From the IMG/VR virus record IMGVR_UViG_3300027759_004177, positions 292,866 through 356,865 of that record: a DNA stretch of 64,000 bases; one strand, 5' to 3'. A model generated the notes under the pieces. The model was not told where the DNA came from. It made no database searches and worked only from the letters and a program-made list of their open reading frames with translations. Numbering within the stretch: position 1 is the first letter of the stretch; each line of letters opens with the position of its first letter. Made by a program: the position numbers and the translations under genes. This document shows, in pieces, positions 20,900 through 31,887 of this stretch.

Positions 20900-21615
20900 A
20901 TATCTTAGTCAATGGAACTTCTATCAGTCGCGGCGAAAATTCGTGGCCATATTTTTTACAATCGCAGATGAATTGTTCTTTGATTAATCTAGCTCAGGCT
21001 GGTAGTGGCAACACGTACATACATGAAGCAACAGTAGCAGAACTCAGCGAAAGATCCTACAACCTCGTGTTAATACAATGGACATACGCAGATCGTTTTG
21101 ATTTCAGAGTTAAAGATATCAGCAAGTTCGGCGACACAACATATACAACCAACTTTCAATCCCGGCAGAACGATTGGCCTAGCAAACAAATACATCCTGT
21201 AAATGATCAAGACTACGTACAACCGGATTGGATATTTGGATGTGGGTATCTAAACGAACGCCAGGATAACAGCCTTGGCAGGGTATTTAAACCTTTATAC
21301 CAGCACGTTGGAGCAAATGAACATGTATTTTCAACTTTAATAAAAATTATATCATTGCAAAGCACACTCAAGGCCTTGGGTATTCCTTACTTGTTTACAG
21401 AATACCGCCCAATGACTCGACTAAGTCGATTCGATCAGCTTTACAAATTAATTGATTGGAATAACTTTTATTCGGGCAAACATTTATTTACTATTGCCAA
21501 AGAACATGATGCACTGGATGATACTTTACACCCATCCACGGAATGTCAGCAACTATATGCCGTTGACTTACATAACGATTTAGTTAAACGGGGATATATC
21601 AATGCAAGATCTTAG
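20896..21615 (+). CDS. SGNH/GDSL-like hydrolase or acyltransferase
   Basis: ILVNGTSIS, NLAQAGSGN, QWT, C-terminal DTLHP. Confidence 0.55.
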   Translation: MNILVNGTSISRGENSWPYFLQSQMNCSLINLAQAGSGNTYIHEATVAELSERSYNLVLIQWTYADRFDFRVKDISKFGDTTYTTNFQSRQNDWPSKQIHPVNDQDYVQPDWIFGCGYLNERQDNSLGRVFKPLYQHVGANEHVFSTLIKIISLQSTLKALGIPYLFTEYRPMTRLSRFDQLYKLIDWNNFYSGKHLFTIAKEHDALDDTLHPSTECQQLYAVDLHNDLVKRGYINARS

Positions 21616-22594
21616 CCCAAACAATCCAGCAGGTTGTCAAGATCGATTCATCTTTGATTTGAACGACAACAGAATCTGGAACATCAACGGGTTTATTAAA
21701 TTTTTAGTTGATAATCAAGGTCGAGTCATTGACATAGAGATACCCGAGGGTGTGGCGTTAGACAGCATAGGCATTTACGATTTGTTAGATTTGTTCTCAT
21801 TTAAATCGGTCACTATACGCAGTTTTAATCTAGTGCAACAATCACATCCTGTATACAAATTAAATTTTCATCCGTTGGCATTTAAATACTTTATTGTATC
21901 TCCTAATACAGATTACAGCCAATATCATGGTTGGTCTGGAAAATATATGTTTGGGGCATTTTATAATAGACCAACTTGGTCACGAATTGGCCTAGCCGCA
22001 TATTTACACACCAATCACAGTGACAAGACTCTGTTGAATTTCCGTTACGACCCTGACAATACAGACATTAGAAACACATTTGAACTAGACCAACTATTTC
22101 AAATTGACCCTAAATCCTTGGAATATTTTGGTCATCTAATACCTGCGTTGCCATTACGAGTGGAGCCCGTGGATGGGTACACCATCGGAGTCAGCACCAA
22201 AGAGCATACTGACCAACTTAGTGAATTTTATACTGACTTCTTAATTGACATTGTAAGCGAAACATTTGTACGTGGCAGATGTTTTTATCCTACAGAAAAA
22301 ACTGTTAGACCCATGCTGATGAAAAAGCCTTTTATACATATGGGACCCAAATGTTTTTTAATACATTTACGTCAAATGGGATTTCGAACGTTTGGTGATT
22401 TTTGGTCCGAGGACTATGATGGATACGGTATGGATCAGCGGTATAAGTATATACTCAAATTAATTGACACGCTGGCAGCCAAGTCCAAACAAGAACTACA
22501 AGACATGTATGCCCGTATGCAACCAATTTTAGAGCACAATTATCAATTGTTACTGACAAAACAATTTACACGAGAAATTACCTATGTTGAATAG
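21602..22594 (+). CDS. Glycosyltransferase-like protein (GT10/GT47-like C-terminus)
   Basis: DIVSETF...PTEKTVRPMLMKKPFI...LRQMGFRTF...EDYD...LEHNYQ. Confidence 0.45.
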   Translation: MQDLSPNNPAGCQDRFIFDLNDNRIWNINGFIKFLVDNQGRVIDIEIPEGVALDSIGIYDLLDLFSFKSVTIRSFNLVQQSHPVYKLNFHPLAFKYFIVSPNTDYSQYHGWSGKYMFGAFYNRPTWSRIGLAAYLHTNHSDKTLLNFRYDPDNTDIRNTFELDQLFQIDPKSLEYFGHLIPALPLRVEPVDGYTIGVSTKEHTDQLSEFYTDFLIDIVSETFVRGRCFYPTEKTVRPMLMKKPFIHMGPKCFLIHLRQMGFRTFGDFWSEDYDGYGMDQRYKYILKLIDTLAAKSKQELQDMYARMQPILEHNYQLLLTKQFTREITYVE

Positions 22595-23630
22595 CGAATA
22601 CCATGTTGGTATCAACGACAACAAGTTTTGGCGTAAAGACTTGTTAGTTATGCACCTGTACGATTGCTTAAACACCAACCAACAGCCAGCCCTGCGGGTA
22701 ACTCCAGAAGGTTCAAGCCTTGCAGGCTGTGGTTTATATAGGTACTTGGATGCGTTTTGCAAACATACTGGATACGATAAAAAGAACATCAGCATACGCA
22801 CAGGCAACATGATCGAACAACACCCTGAGTACACAATTATAAAAGATGCCACCGCTTGGTTCGAAGTTCCTATTATGCAACAATGGGCACAAAAAAATCC
22901 GATCAACACAGGCACTATGCCTAGATTACACTTTGGACACTTTGTTGGAAAAAGCAATTGGAATAGATTGTGGATTGGTGCTGTGTTGCACAGTAAATAC
23001 AATGATAAGTTATTTCAAACATATAACACCGGCATTGGTACACACTATCTTACTAAGAATGACGGCCTTTGTGATTTTGTGGGCTTAGAAGATCTGGTCA
23101 AAATGGAATGTGATCAAATTGATGTGGCTGTCGAATTTTTAAAGTCTTGTCCAAAGTTTATACCTGAGGACATAGAAGCAATTAAAAATATGTCAACTTA
23201 CATCAAACAAGACGATTACTACCCTATACAATTACCAGCCAATCTTAACATATTGAAATACTATAACAATATATTTGTGGACATTATCCATGAAACATTT
23301 GTTCGTGATGAAGTATGTTTTGCTACAGAAAAAACTTGGAGAACAATGTTAGCACGTAGGCCTTTTATTACCATGGGAGGCAGAAATCATTTGGCTAATT
23401 TAAAGCGTCTAGGATTCCGTACATTCAATGACATCTGGGATGAAGGTTACGACGAGTATGGTATGCAGTGGCGTGTTAAAGAAATACTAAAACTAATAGA
23501 TACTATCAGTTCTTGGTCAGTGGAAAAGATACAACAGGTCTTACAAGATATGCAACCTATACTAGAACACAACTATCAAACTTTTATGACACTAACACAT
23601 CAAAAAATACAGCGAACATTCAATGACTAA
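22584..23630 (+). CDS. Glycosyltransferase-like protein, paralogue of ORF 21602
   Basis: DIIHETF...ATEKTWR...RPFI...LGFRTF...EGYD...LEHNYQ. Confidence 0.45.
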   Translation: MLNSEYHVGINDNKFWRKDLLVMHLYDCLNTNQQPALRVTPEGSSLAGCGLYRYLDAFCKHTGYDKKNISIRTGNMIEQHPEYTIIKDATAWFEVPIMQQWAQKNPINTGTMPRLHFGHFVGKSNWNRLWIGAVLHSKYNDKLFQTYNTGIGTHYLTKNDGLCDFVGLEDLVKMECDQIDVAVEFLKSCPKFIPEDIEAIKNMSTYIKQDDYYPIQLPANLNILKYYNNIFVDIIHETFVRDEVCFATEKTWRTMLARRPFITMGGRNHLANLKRLGFRTFNDIWDEGYDEYGMQWRVKEILKLIDTISSWSVEKIQQVLQDMQPILEHNYQTFMTLTHQKIQRTFND

Positions 23631-24459
23631 ATTCCATTTACCTTTTGTAGAAATGATGGTTACACAATTTTGTAATCTAAGCTGTGTTGGCTGTAGTAAC
23701 TATGCTGACCTAAAACACACAGGTTATGTTCCTTGGGCAGATGGTCGGCGCGAAATAGAATCGTGGCTACCACGCATGACAATTGAAGACTTTGGTATCA
23801 TGGGTGGCGAGCCCCTGATCAATCCCGAACTTAAACAATGGATACGTGGCTTGCGTGAGTTATTACCCACAAGCCCCATACGCTTTAGCACCAATGGCGA
23901 ATTGCTAGATCGACATTTAGATGTGCTAGAAACAGCACACGAAGTGGGCAACTTTGTTTTTAAGATCACTGTACACCAACACAGCGAGCGTGTAGAACGT
24001 GTCATTGCTAAAATCTTCTCAATGTACAAGTGGGAACCTGTGTACGAATATGGCATCTATCGTTACAAAACCACAAACGGATTAAGATTTCAGGTCAATC
24101 GTCCGCTGACATTTATCAAGTATTATAAGAATGATTACGCCAACATGATGCCGTTCAATTCCAATCCTGTGGATAGTTTCAATATTTGTATGCAACAACG
24201 ATGTCCACTCATGTTCAATGGACGTATGTACAAGTGTAGTACACTAGGCGGATTGGAACAAACACTAGATCGTTTTAGTAACACCGACCCTGCATGGGAG
24301 CCATACAAAGGCAAATACATTACACCTACGAGCCCAGATGCAGATATTGCGGCGTTCTTAAACAATTATGGTCGTCCACATCAAGTGTGTACAATGTGTC
24401 CTACCGCCCAGGATGACGAAAGTGTTATTTTACATTATAATAACGTAATAACAAAATGA
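23623..24459 (+). CDS. Radical SAM protein with C-terminal Cys cluster
   Basis: CNLSCVGC, GGEP, and C-terminal C...CP...YKC...CTMC (SPASM/twitch-like). Confidence 0.85.
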   Translation: MTKFHLPFVEMMVTQFCNLSCVGCSNYADLKHTGYVPWADGRREIESWLPRMTIEDFGIMGGEPLINPELKQWIRGLRELLPTSPIRFSTNGELLDRHLDVLETAHEVGNFVFKITVHQHSERVERVIAKIFSMYKWEPVYEYGIYRYKTTNGLRFQVNRPLTFIKYYKNDYANMMPFNSNPVDSFNICMQQRCPLMFNGRMYKCSTLGGLEQTLDRFSNTDPAWEPYKGKYITPTSPDADIAAFLNNYGRPHQVCTMCPTAQDDESVILHYNNVITK

Positions 24460-25337
24460 CAAGATTCTTTGCCTTCGGGTGCTCCTTTACTAACTCTAAA
24501 AATCCTACTTGGGCTGACATAGTGGCGCACGAGTACAACCATTACCAAAACTGGGGACAGGCTGGTGCAGGTAATAGTTTTATATTCTACAGTCTAATGG
24601 AATGTAACAAGCGTAATCAGATTACTCCGGACGATGTAGTAATGATCATGTGGAGCAGCATTGGTAGAGAAGATCGTTATGTTGGAGGAGAATGGTTGAC
24701 TCCTGGTAGTATATACAATCAACAAGATTATGATGAGAACTTTGTAAAGAAGTTTACAGATCCAACAGGATACTTGTTACGAGATGCAGCACACTTGGCT
24801 GGTGCTAAAGCCATATTAGATAATATTGGGTGTCGGTATTATTTTTTTAGTATTGTTCCGTTTAATGTTCCAGACGATAACGTTTTTAAAATCTTTAGCA
24901 TAGATAATAAAATATTAAATGTTTATGCTGAAGAATTTCGATCTGTGCGTCCCAGTGTATACGAAGTTGTCTTTGATCACGACTGGTACAGCCGGGCCGG
25001 CATTAAACAAGAAGACAAGCTCAAAGAAGAATACGAAATTAAACGTGGCGATGATTGGCCCACATGGGATAAGTTTATAATACAAGACTTCGGCGGTGTA
25101 CCCAAAGATATTAAAGATGAAATAAACAACCAACACGAGTTTACCAACAGATATTTGCGTAGGTATGACACACATCCAACTCCAGCAGAATATTTAGAAT
25201 ATATCACACGAGTAGCACCAGACATAGAAGTATCCTCTGCCACACAAGATTGGGTAGCAACAGTGACTGATAGATTAATCAAACACCAAGACTTAACCAA
25301 ACTTTGGAAACCTAATAGAAAGCCTGCGAGATTCTAA
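24456..25337 (+). CDS. SGNH-like hydrolase or acyltransferase
   Basis: FFAFGCSFT, NWGQAGAGN, MWS, DTHPT. Confidence 0.55.
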   Translation: MTRFFAFGCSFTNSKNPTWADIVAHEYNHYQNWGQAGAGNSFIFYSLMECNKRNQITPDDVVMIMWSSIGREDRYVGGEWLTPGSIYNQQDYDENFVKKFTDPTGYLLRDAAHLAGAKAILDNIGCRYYFFSIVPFNVPDDNVFKIFSIDNKILNVYAEEFRSVRPSVYEVVFDHDWYSRAGIKQEDKLKEEYEIKRGDDWPTWDKFIIQDFGGVPKDIKDEINNQHEFTNRYLRRYDTHPTPAEYLEYITRVAPDIEVSSATQDWVATVTDRLIKHQDLTKLWKPNRKPARF

Positions 25338-26719
25338 TGACCAAATCAACATTTATGACAGCCGCAGAAAAGATGAAGGAACTATTGGGCCCGAGTCTTT
25401 GCCTGGCCAAATGGAAACAGGTTAGCCTGCATCTAGCTACTGGTATGACCAACAGTTGTTACCATCCACCCTTACATGAAATAGATCCTGCACCCTTAAA
25501 AGAAAATCCTGGTGCACTACACAACACAGTACACAAAAAAGATCAACGTGTGATCATGCTCAAGAACGAACGCCCTACGGAATGTAATTATTGCTGGACA
25601 CAAGAGGACATGGGCAATCTCAGTGATCGTCATTACAGATCAGGAGAACCCTGGGCCGCCGACGACTACAATGCAATTAAAGCCAGCACAGGTACGGAAG
25701 ATTGGATACCCAGTTATGTTGAAGTTAATTTTAATCACGTGTGTAATCTCAAGTGTAGCTATTGTAGTCCGCAGTTCTCTAGTACCTGGATGCAAGAAAC
25801 TGACTATTATGGTGCCTATCCCACAAGCACTCCGCATAACGATCCTGCTCACTTCGCTGGTCGTCGCAGGCCTATACCGGTCAGCTACGATAATCCATAT
25901 GTGGATGCATTCTGGGAATGGTGGCCTGAGCTGTATCCGCACCTGAAACATTTCCGTATGACCGGTGGCGAGCCGCTAATGGACAAGAATACTTATAAGG
26001 TATTTGATTATGTGTTGGCACTACCAAATCCAGAACTACACTTGGACGTGACCAGCAACTTTAGTGTTGACGATCGTTTATTTGACAAGTATCTGGGTTA
26101 TGTCAAACAGTTATGTAACACACAGATAGAACACTTTATGCAGTACGTGAGTTTGGATAGTGGTAAACCCAGGCATGCAGAATACATTAGACACGGATTA
26201 AATTTTGCCAGAATGACTGATAATGTAAATCGTTTCTTAACAGGCGTTCCCTACCGTAATAGTCTAACATTTATCATTACCATGAACAATCTAAGTGTGT
26301 TGGGCCTACAGCGACAACTGGAATGGATACTTGATCTCCGAAGCACACATAGTAAAACCTATCAACGTGTTTGGTTTGATACTCCCCTGCTACGTACACC
26401 CACTTGGCAAAGTGTACAAATACTGCCCGAAGTCTACGTTGGTGTGTTAGAACGTGTGGCCGACTGGATGGAACTACAGTTGGAAACAGCAGATAGACCA
26501 TTTCAGGGATTCAAAGACTACGAAGTACAGCGTATGCGCCGTGATATAGATTGGATGAAAGCAGGTCGCAATTTGGATCCAGAATATGTTAAACTGCAAC
26601 GTGCAGATTTTTATCGTTTCTTTAACGAGCACGACAAACGACGCAAAACTGACTTTTTAAAAACTTTTCCAGAAATGACAGAATTTTGGAACGAATGTAA
26701 GTACCATGCCCAGAATTAA
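25337..26719 (+). CDS. Radical SAM protein with N-terminal twitch/SPASM-like Cys cluster
   Basis: CLAKW...SCYH...CNYCW, then CNLKCSYC and TGGEP. Confidence 0.9.
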   Translation: MTKSTFMTAAEKMKELLGPSLCLAKWKQVSLHLATGMTNSCYHPPLHEIDPAPLKENPGALHNTVHKKDQRVIMLKNERPTECNYCWTQEDMGNLSDRHYRSGEPWAADDYNAIKASTGTEDWIPSYVEVNFNHVCNLKCSYCSPQFSSTWMQETDYYGAYPTSTPHNDPAHFAGRRRPIPVSYDNPYVDAFWEWWPELYPHLKHFRMTGGEPLMDKNTYKVFDYVLALPNPELHLDVTSNFSVDDRLFDKYLGYVKQLCNTQIEHFMQYVSLDSGKPRHAEYIRHGLNFARMTDNVNRFLTGVPYRNSLTFIITMNNLSVLGLQRQLEWILDLRSTHSKTYQRVWFDTPLLRTPTWQSVQILPEVYVGVLERVADWMELQLETADRPFQGFKDYEVQRMRRDIDWMKAGRNLDPEYVKLQRADFYRFFNEHDKRRKTDFLKTFPEMTEFWNECKYHAQN

Positions 26720-28055
26720 CAACGAAACTGATTTAGAGTACAAACGCAGAGTGATTGACATCAAGTCAGACAGCTTCTGTGCGGCCAAGTGGTACAATGC
26801 CACCATATGGCTAGGCTCGGGGCAAACCACCAGTTGTCATCATCCCCTGCCGCATCAAGTCAGTGTAGCTGAAGTAGAAGCGAACCCCAAAGCCTTACAC
26901 AACACCCCAAAGAAAAAAGCCGAACGTGCTCAAATGCAACGAGGAGAACGTCCCAGCGGTTGCGAATACTGCTGGAAAATAGAAGACATCGGTCGCGACA
27001 ACATTAGCGATCGTGTTTACAAAACAGTCATATATGATGACAAGGATTTGGATTATGCTTTTCAAACTCCAGCAAATGAAGATGTGGATTTACAAACACT
27101 TGAAATTGCCTTTGACCGCACCTGCCAGTTCGCTTGCTCTTATTGCAACCCGGCGTTTAGTAGCACTTGGGTCAAGGACATTAGGAATAATGGTGCTTAT
27201 ACCAATCTTGTCAGCGATGGCCGCAATCACTTTACTCACGCTCATGACGGCAGTCAGCTATACCGGTTTGGAGAAACGAATCCGTATGTTGAAGCCTTCC
27301 ACAAATGGTGGGAAACAGACTTACATAGAACGTTGAAAGAGTTACGTATCACTGGGGGCGAGCCATTGATGAGTGCAGAAACTTGGAAGTTGATTGATTG
27401 GTTTAAAACTAACAAAGGCAAAAGTTTTACACGTCTTGCTATCAACAGTAACTTAGGCACTGAAGTAGACATTGATCGTTTACTTGCCGCCATTGATGGT
27501 GTAGAAGTTGACCTATATACCAGCAATGAATCAATAGGCTTGCAGGCCGAATACATTAGAGATGGTCTTGTGTTTGACGACTGGGCTAACAATGTAGAAC
27601 GTTTGCTAGATTCGGGTAAGTTTCGTGGCCTGCATGTCATGTGTACTATTAATGCATTGTGCTTGGATACACTAGACAGCTTTCTTGAAATGGTATATAA
27701 CTGGAAACTTGAGTACGGCACGGATGCCATTAACTTCTCGCTGAATATATTACGTTTTCCAAGTTTTCAAAGTCCTCTGGTATTGCCAGACAACATACGA
27801 ACACAATACAGAACACAATTAAGTGACTTCTATAAAACACACAAAGACACTGGGGTGCTACATGGTTTTGAGATTGATCAATTAAAACGCCTGATTGATT
27901 ATCTTGATGTTGTTATAACTCCACACACGGGTGCCATGGAACAATCTATCTTACAACACGATTTTAAAAACTTCTTCTCACAATACGATCAACGTCGTGG
28001 TAAGAATTTTGTAGAGACGTTTCCTAATTTAACAGAATGGTATAATACACTATGA
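26706..28055 (+). CDS. Radical SAM protein with N-terminal twitch/SPASM-like Cys cluster
   Basis: CAAKW...SCHH...CEYCW, then CQFACSYC and TGGEP. Confidence 0.9.
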   Translation: MPRINNETDLEYKRRVIDIKSDSFCAAKWYNATIWLGSGQTTSCHHPLPHQVSVAEVEANPKALHNTPKKKAERAQMQRGERPSGCEYCWKIEDIGRDNISDRVYKTVIYDDKDLDYAFQTPANEDVDLQTLEIAFDRTCQFACSYCNPAFSSTWVKDIRNNGAYTNLVSDGRNHFTHAHDGSQLYRFGETNPYVEAFHKWWETDLHRTLKELRITGGEPLMSAETWKLIDWFKTNKGKSFTRLAINSNLGTEVDIDRLLAAIDGVEVDLYTSNESIGLQAEYIRDGLVFDDWANNVERLLDSGKFRGLHVMCTINALCLDTLDSFLEMVYNWKLEYGTDAINFSLNILRFPSFQSPLVLPDNIRTQYRTQLSDFYKTHKDTGVLHGFEIDQLKRLIDYLDVVITPHTGAMEQSILQHDFKNFFSQYDQRRGKNFVETFPNLTEWYNTL

Positions 28056-29383
28056 CCAAAGAATTTTATAACAAGGGTTATGACTATATGGCACGTAAAC
28101 CATATTTTATTGAACTCGAACAGTTGAATGACTCTCAGCAAGACTTATTAATAAAAAGCGAAACATTTTGCATGATGCCTTGGGTACACATGCATGCCTT
28201 CCCAGACGGTCGTGCATATCCTTGCTGTGTGGCAGACTATTGGCATCCTGTGGGGGACCTACGTAAAAGCACTATGGAACAAGTTTGGAATCAAGAACCT
28301 TATCGTAACTTGCGTAAGAATATGGTTAGCGAAACCAAGAGCAAAGAGTGTACCAAGTGCTACGAACAAGAACGCAATGGATTTTTTAGTATGCGTAACG
28401 ATGCCAATCGTAACTACGGACATCATATAGGAGAAGTAAATGAAACCAAAGAAGATGGAACCAATCCTAAGTTCAAAATACGTTATTGGGACGTTCGTTT
28501 TAGTAACCTTTGTAACTTCCGTTGTCGCAGCTGTGGGCCTATTTTTAGCAGTAATTGGTATCAAGATCACGTAAAAATGTACGGCAAGAAACCTGATGTG
28601 TTAGGCCGTGACATGGCTGTGATTGAATATACCACAGGCAACGAAGATGACATGATTGCACAAATGATGCCACACGTTCCACACCTGGAGCAGGTATACT
28701 TTGCCGGTGGCGAGCCCTTGATCATGAAAGAACATTATTACTTGCTTGAGAAGTTGATTGAAGCAGGTAAAACTGATGTGCGTATCCAATATAACACAAA
28801 CTTTAGTGAACTGGCATTTAAGGACAAGCACGTATTTGAATATTGGCGACATTTTAAAAATGTCAGTGTAGGTGCCAGTTTAGATGCCAGCGGAGCTAGA
28901 GCGGAGCTGATGCGTAAAGGAACAGATTGGACACAGGCAGTAGATAATCGTCGTCGCATGATAGCAGAAGTGCCACATGTGGATTTTTACATTAGTGCCA
29001 CAGTTAGTTCAATGAACGTGTTGCATGTATTAGACTTTCATAGAGAATGGACCGAGCTTGGATTGATCAAAGCCAAGGACTTTAATGTAAACATTTGCCA
29101 AAGCCCGGAATGGTATCGAGTAGATATCTTTCCAGAACAGTTTAAACAGGATGTTATTGTGCCCGCCTACGAGCAACACATTGAGTGGTTAACACCGCAA
29201 GACAATCTTAAACGTGCTACCAATGGATTTCGTAGCACTCTCAAATTCATGAACAGCACAGATCAAAGTCATTTGTGGCCACGCTTTGTTGAGGAGTGTG
29301 CCAAACTAGACGCTGTACGTCGAGAAGATTTTTGGGCAACATTCCCTGAATTAGCCAGCTTACGAGATTATGAACCTACCTAA
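28052..29383 (+). CDS. Radical SAM protein with N-terminal twitch/SPASM-like Cys cluster
   Basis: CMMPW...PCC...CTKCY, then CNFRCRSC and AGGEP. Confidence 0.9.
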   Translation: MTKEFYNKGYDYMARKPYFIELEQLNDSQQDLLIKSETFCMMPWVHMHAFPDGRAYPCCVADYWHPVGDLRKSTMEQVWNQEPYRNLRKNMVSETKSKECTKCYEQERNGFFSMRNDANRNYGHHIGEVNETKEDGTNPKFKIRYWDVRFSNLCNFRCRSCGPIFSSNWYQDHVKMYGKKPDVLGRDMAVIEYTTGNEDDMIAQMMPHVPHLEQVYFAGGEPLIMKEHYYLLEKLIEAGKTDVRIQYNTNFSELAFKDKHVFEYWRHFKNVSVGASLDASGARAELMRKGTDWTQAVDNRRRMIAEVPHVDFYISATVSSMNVLHVLDFHREWTELGLIKAKDFNVNICQSPEWYRVDIFPEQFKQDVIVPAYEQHIEWLTPQDNLKRATNGFRSTLKFMNSTDQSHLWPRFVEECAKLDAVRREDFWATFPELASLRDYEPT

Positions 29384-30587
29384 CACGATATGTATGTTGC
29401 CGTGGGTCAGCATTGAAGCTAGTCCAATGGGCACCACACGTCCTTGCTGTATGGCATATGATGAGATTACCGATGAGTCAGGCAAGAAGTACGACTTAAA
29501 CGAAACTAATCTTGAAGTGGCATACCACAGTGAGTATATGCAGGACTTACGACGTCAGTTTCGTTGTGGAGAAAAACCTGCAACCTGTAATCGTTGTTGG
29601 GAAGAAGAAGCCGCAGGTAGGGACAGTAAACGTATACACAGCCAAGTAAGATTAAAAGAATTATACAAACAAGTAGACTGGGCTAATGACGATCCTGATC
29701 AACTATGGTTTGTTGATTTAAAACTGGGTAACATCTGTAACTTAAAATGTCGTATATGTGGTTCTTGGTCCAGTAGTAAGTGGGCTGAAGAAGAACTTGC
29801 TTACATGCCCAAAGACTTTAACAAAAAAGAGCACATTGCCTACACTTGGCTACGGCAAGGTGCATGGCCACGCAAGACCACAACCTTCTGGGATAACATG
29901 CGTGACTTGTTGCCCAACATCCGGTACTTTGAATTTACCGGTGGCGAGCCCTGGATGATACAAGAACACTTTGATTTATTACAGTACGCAGTAGATCAAG
30001 GATACAGTAAAAATATTGATATACACTACAACACCAATGCTACACAACAACCTAGTACTCCACAAATTTTAATGTGGAAAGAGTTTGGCCGAGTTGACAT
30101 TGCCTTTAGTATTGACAACGTAGGCTCACGTTTTGAATATGAACGCTACGGAGCCAATTGGCTATTGGCAAACAAGATCATTGATGATGTGCATTTTACA
30201 CAGGCTGTCGACGCTCCTAATATTACCACACAGTTATGCTTTACTATCAACATACAAAACGTGTATTACCTAGACGAACTACTAGCCTGGGCGGATACAA
30301 AAAGATTTGGCGACGTCTATTTTAATATGATGCATAGCCCAGATCACATGAGCATACAAATGATGACTCCGGCAGCACAGGAGTTGGTACTAAACAAATT
30401 AAAAACAACATTTTGGAAAAATAACAAATATCAACAAGAAATTGATAGTGTAATTAAATTTATTGAACTTGGCACAGGCAGTGATGGCCGAGAGTTTTTG
30501 TTTAAGATGCAACGTACAGATGAACATCGCAAACAAAACTTTATGGATACACATGAAGAAATAGCACGGGCAATGGGTTATGAATAA
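29370..30587 (+). CDS. Radical SAM protein with N-terminal twitch/SPASM-like Cys cluster
   Basis: CMLPW...PCC...CNRCW, then CNLKCRIC and TGGEP. Confidence 0.9.
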   Translation: MNLPNTICMLPWVSIEASPMGTTRPCCMAYDEITDESGKKYDLNETNLEVAYHSEYMQDLRRQFRCGEKPATCNRCWEEEAAGRDSKRIHSQVRLKELYKQVDWANDDPDQLWFVDLKLGNICNLKCRICGSWSSSKWAEEELAYMPKDFNKKEHIAYTWLRQGAWPRKTTTFWDNMRDLLPNIRYFEFTGGEPWMIQEHFDLLQYAVDQGYSKNIDIHYNTNATQQPSTPQILMWKEFGRVDIAFSIDNVGSRFEYERYGANWLLANKIIDDVHFTQAVDAPNITTQLCFTINIQNVYYLDELLAWADTKRFGDVYFNMMHSPDHMSIQMMTPAAQELVLNKLKTTFWKNNKYQQEIDSVIKFIELGTGSDGREFLFKMQRTDEHRKQNFMDTHEEIARAMGYE

Positions 30588-31887
30588 ACCGGCAACACTA
30601 TGCATGGCACCATGGACACACACTTATCTTAGTCCACAAACAGAACGACGCTTGTGCTGTGCCAGCCGTGAACCTGCACAAAACTTTGAACAGTATATAG
30701 ATACATCGGCCGGCACAGGACGATACATTCCCATCACATTAGATGAGCATTGGAACAGTGAACACATGCGTAGTGTGCGCCGTAGAATGATGGCTGGAGA
30801 AACCTTGCCCGAGTGTGAAGTGTGTAACAACAAACTATTAAACACAGACGTTTACCGTAGTTATTTTAATCAATTGTTTGGAGATAAGTACTTACAGGCC
30901 CGAGAGCATACTGATGCAACAGGCTACACGACAATGAAGCCAGTTTCGTGGGATTACAGGTTCAGCAATCTCTGTAATTTTAAATGCCGCATGTGCGGCG
31001 ACATGTTGTCGAGTGCTTGGGAGAGCGAGCAACGCCAACACGGAATGATCGACTTTACAAATCCAAAGAACAATTGGATGCGTCTTGAAGTCAAAGAGCA
31101 AATAGAACAGTTTCAAGACACCCAGATAGAGCAAGAGTTTGCAGATGCCGTGGAACAGCATCGAGTTGAGGAAGTCTACTGGGTTGGTGGTGAACCGTTG
31201 ATGTATGAGCAACACTGGCGCTATATGCAACGGATAATTGAATTGGGAGATGGACCAAATGTTTACGCTCGATACAACACTAATCTTAGTCGTATTAGTT
31301 ATAGAGGCGTTAATTTGTTTAGCGATATTTTATGCCGGTTACGTGACTGGCAAATCTGTGCAAGCATCGACGGCACGGGCAGAATTGGAGAGTATATTAG
31401 ATCAGGTCTTGATTTTGATCAGTGGCTTGCGAACATCCGCCAGGGACTTGCGTACCACCATCACCGCCGCCAGATCCGTCTGGACTTCACTCTTACTACA
31501 CCAGGACTCTTTGAAGTACAAGCGATACAAACGCTCGCCCAAGAACTCGGAGTAGATGTTTTAGCAAAGGTGGTGTTCTCGTTTAGTCCGGACATCATTA
31601 TGAGCCCGTTGGCACTACCTAAAGATGTACTGCATCCTTGGATAGACGAAATTGTGAATGGTACTCCTGGGGAACGTCCTCTTACCGGCCCGTTACGGGA
31701 CATACTGATTCAACTCAAAACAAGACCCACTTTTGCCGAACAATGGCCTGACTCGTATCAAGCAGGCCTACGCAAGGGCAAACAACGAATTCTACAGTTG
31801 GAAAAAATCAGAAACGACACATATACGTTTAGAGATATAATGTACTCGAGACCTGCGGCACTAGAATGGTATGACTCAATCAATTAA
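30580..31887 (+). CDS. Radical SAM protein with N-terminal twitch/SPASM-like Cys cluster
   Basis: CMAPW...LCC...CEVC, then CNFKCRMC and VGGEP. Confidence 0.9.
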   Translation: MNKPATLCMAPWTHTYLSPQTERRLCCASREPAQNFEQYIDTSAGTGRYIPITLDEHWNSEHMRSVRRRMMAGETLPECEVCNNKLLNTDVYRSYFNQLFGDKYLQAREHTDATGYTTMKPVSWDYRFSNLCNFKCRMCGDMLSSAWESEQRQHGMIDFTNPKNNWMRLEVKEQIEQFQDTQIEQEFADAVEQHRVEEVYWVGGEPLMYEQHWRYMQRIIELGDGPNVYARYNTNLSRISYRGVNLFSDILCRLRDWQICASIDGTGRIGEYIRSGLDFDQWLANIRQGLAYHHHRRQIRLDFTLTTPGLFEVQAIQTLAQELGVDVLAKVVFSFSPDIIMSPLALPKDVLHPWIDEIVNGTPGERPLTGPLRDILIQLKTRPTFAEQWPDSYQAGLRKGKQRILQLEKIRNDTYTFRDIMYSRPAALEWYDSIN

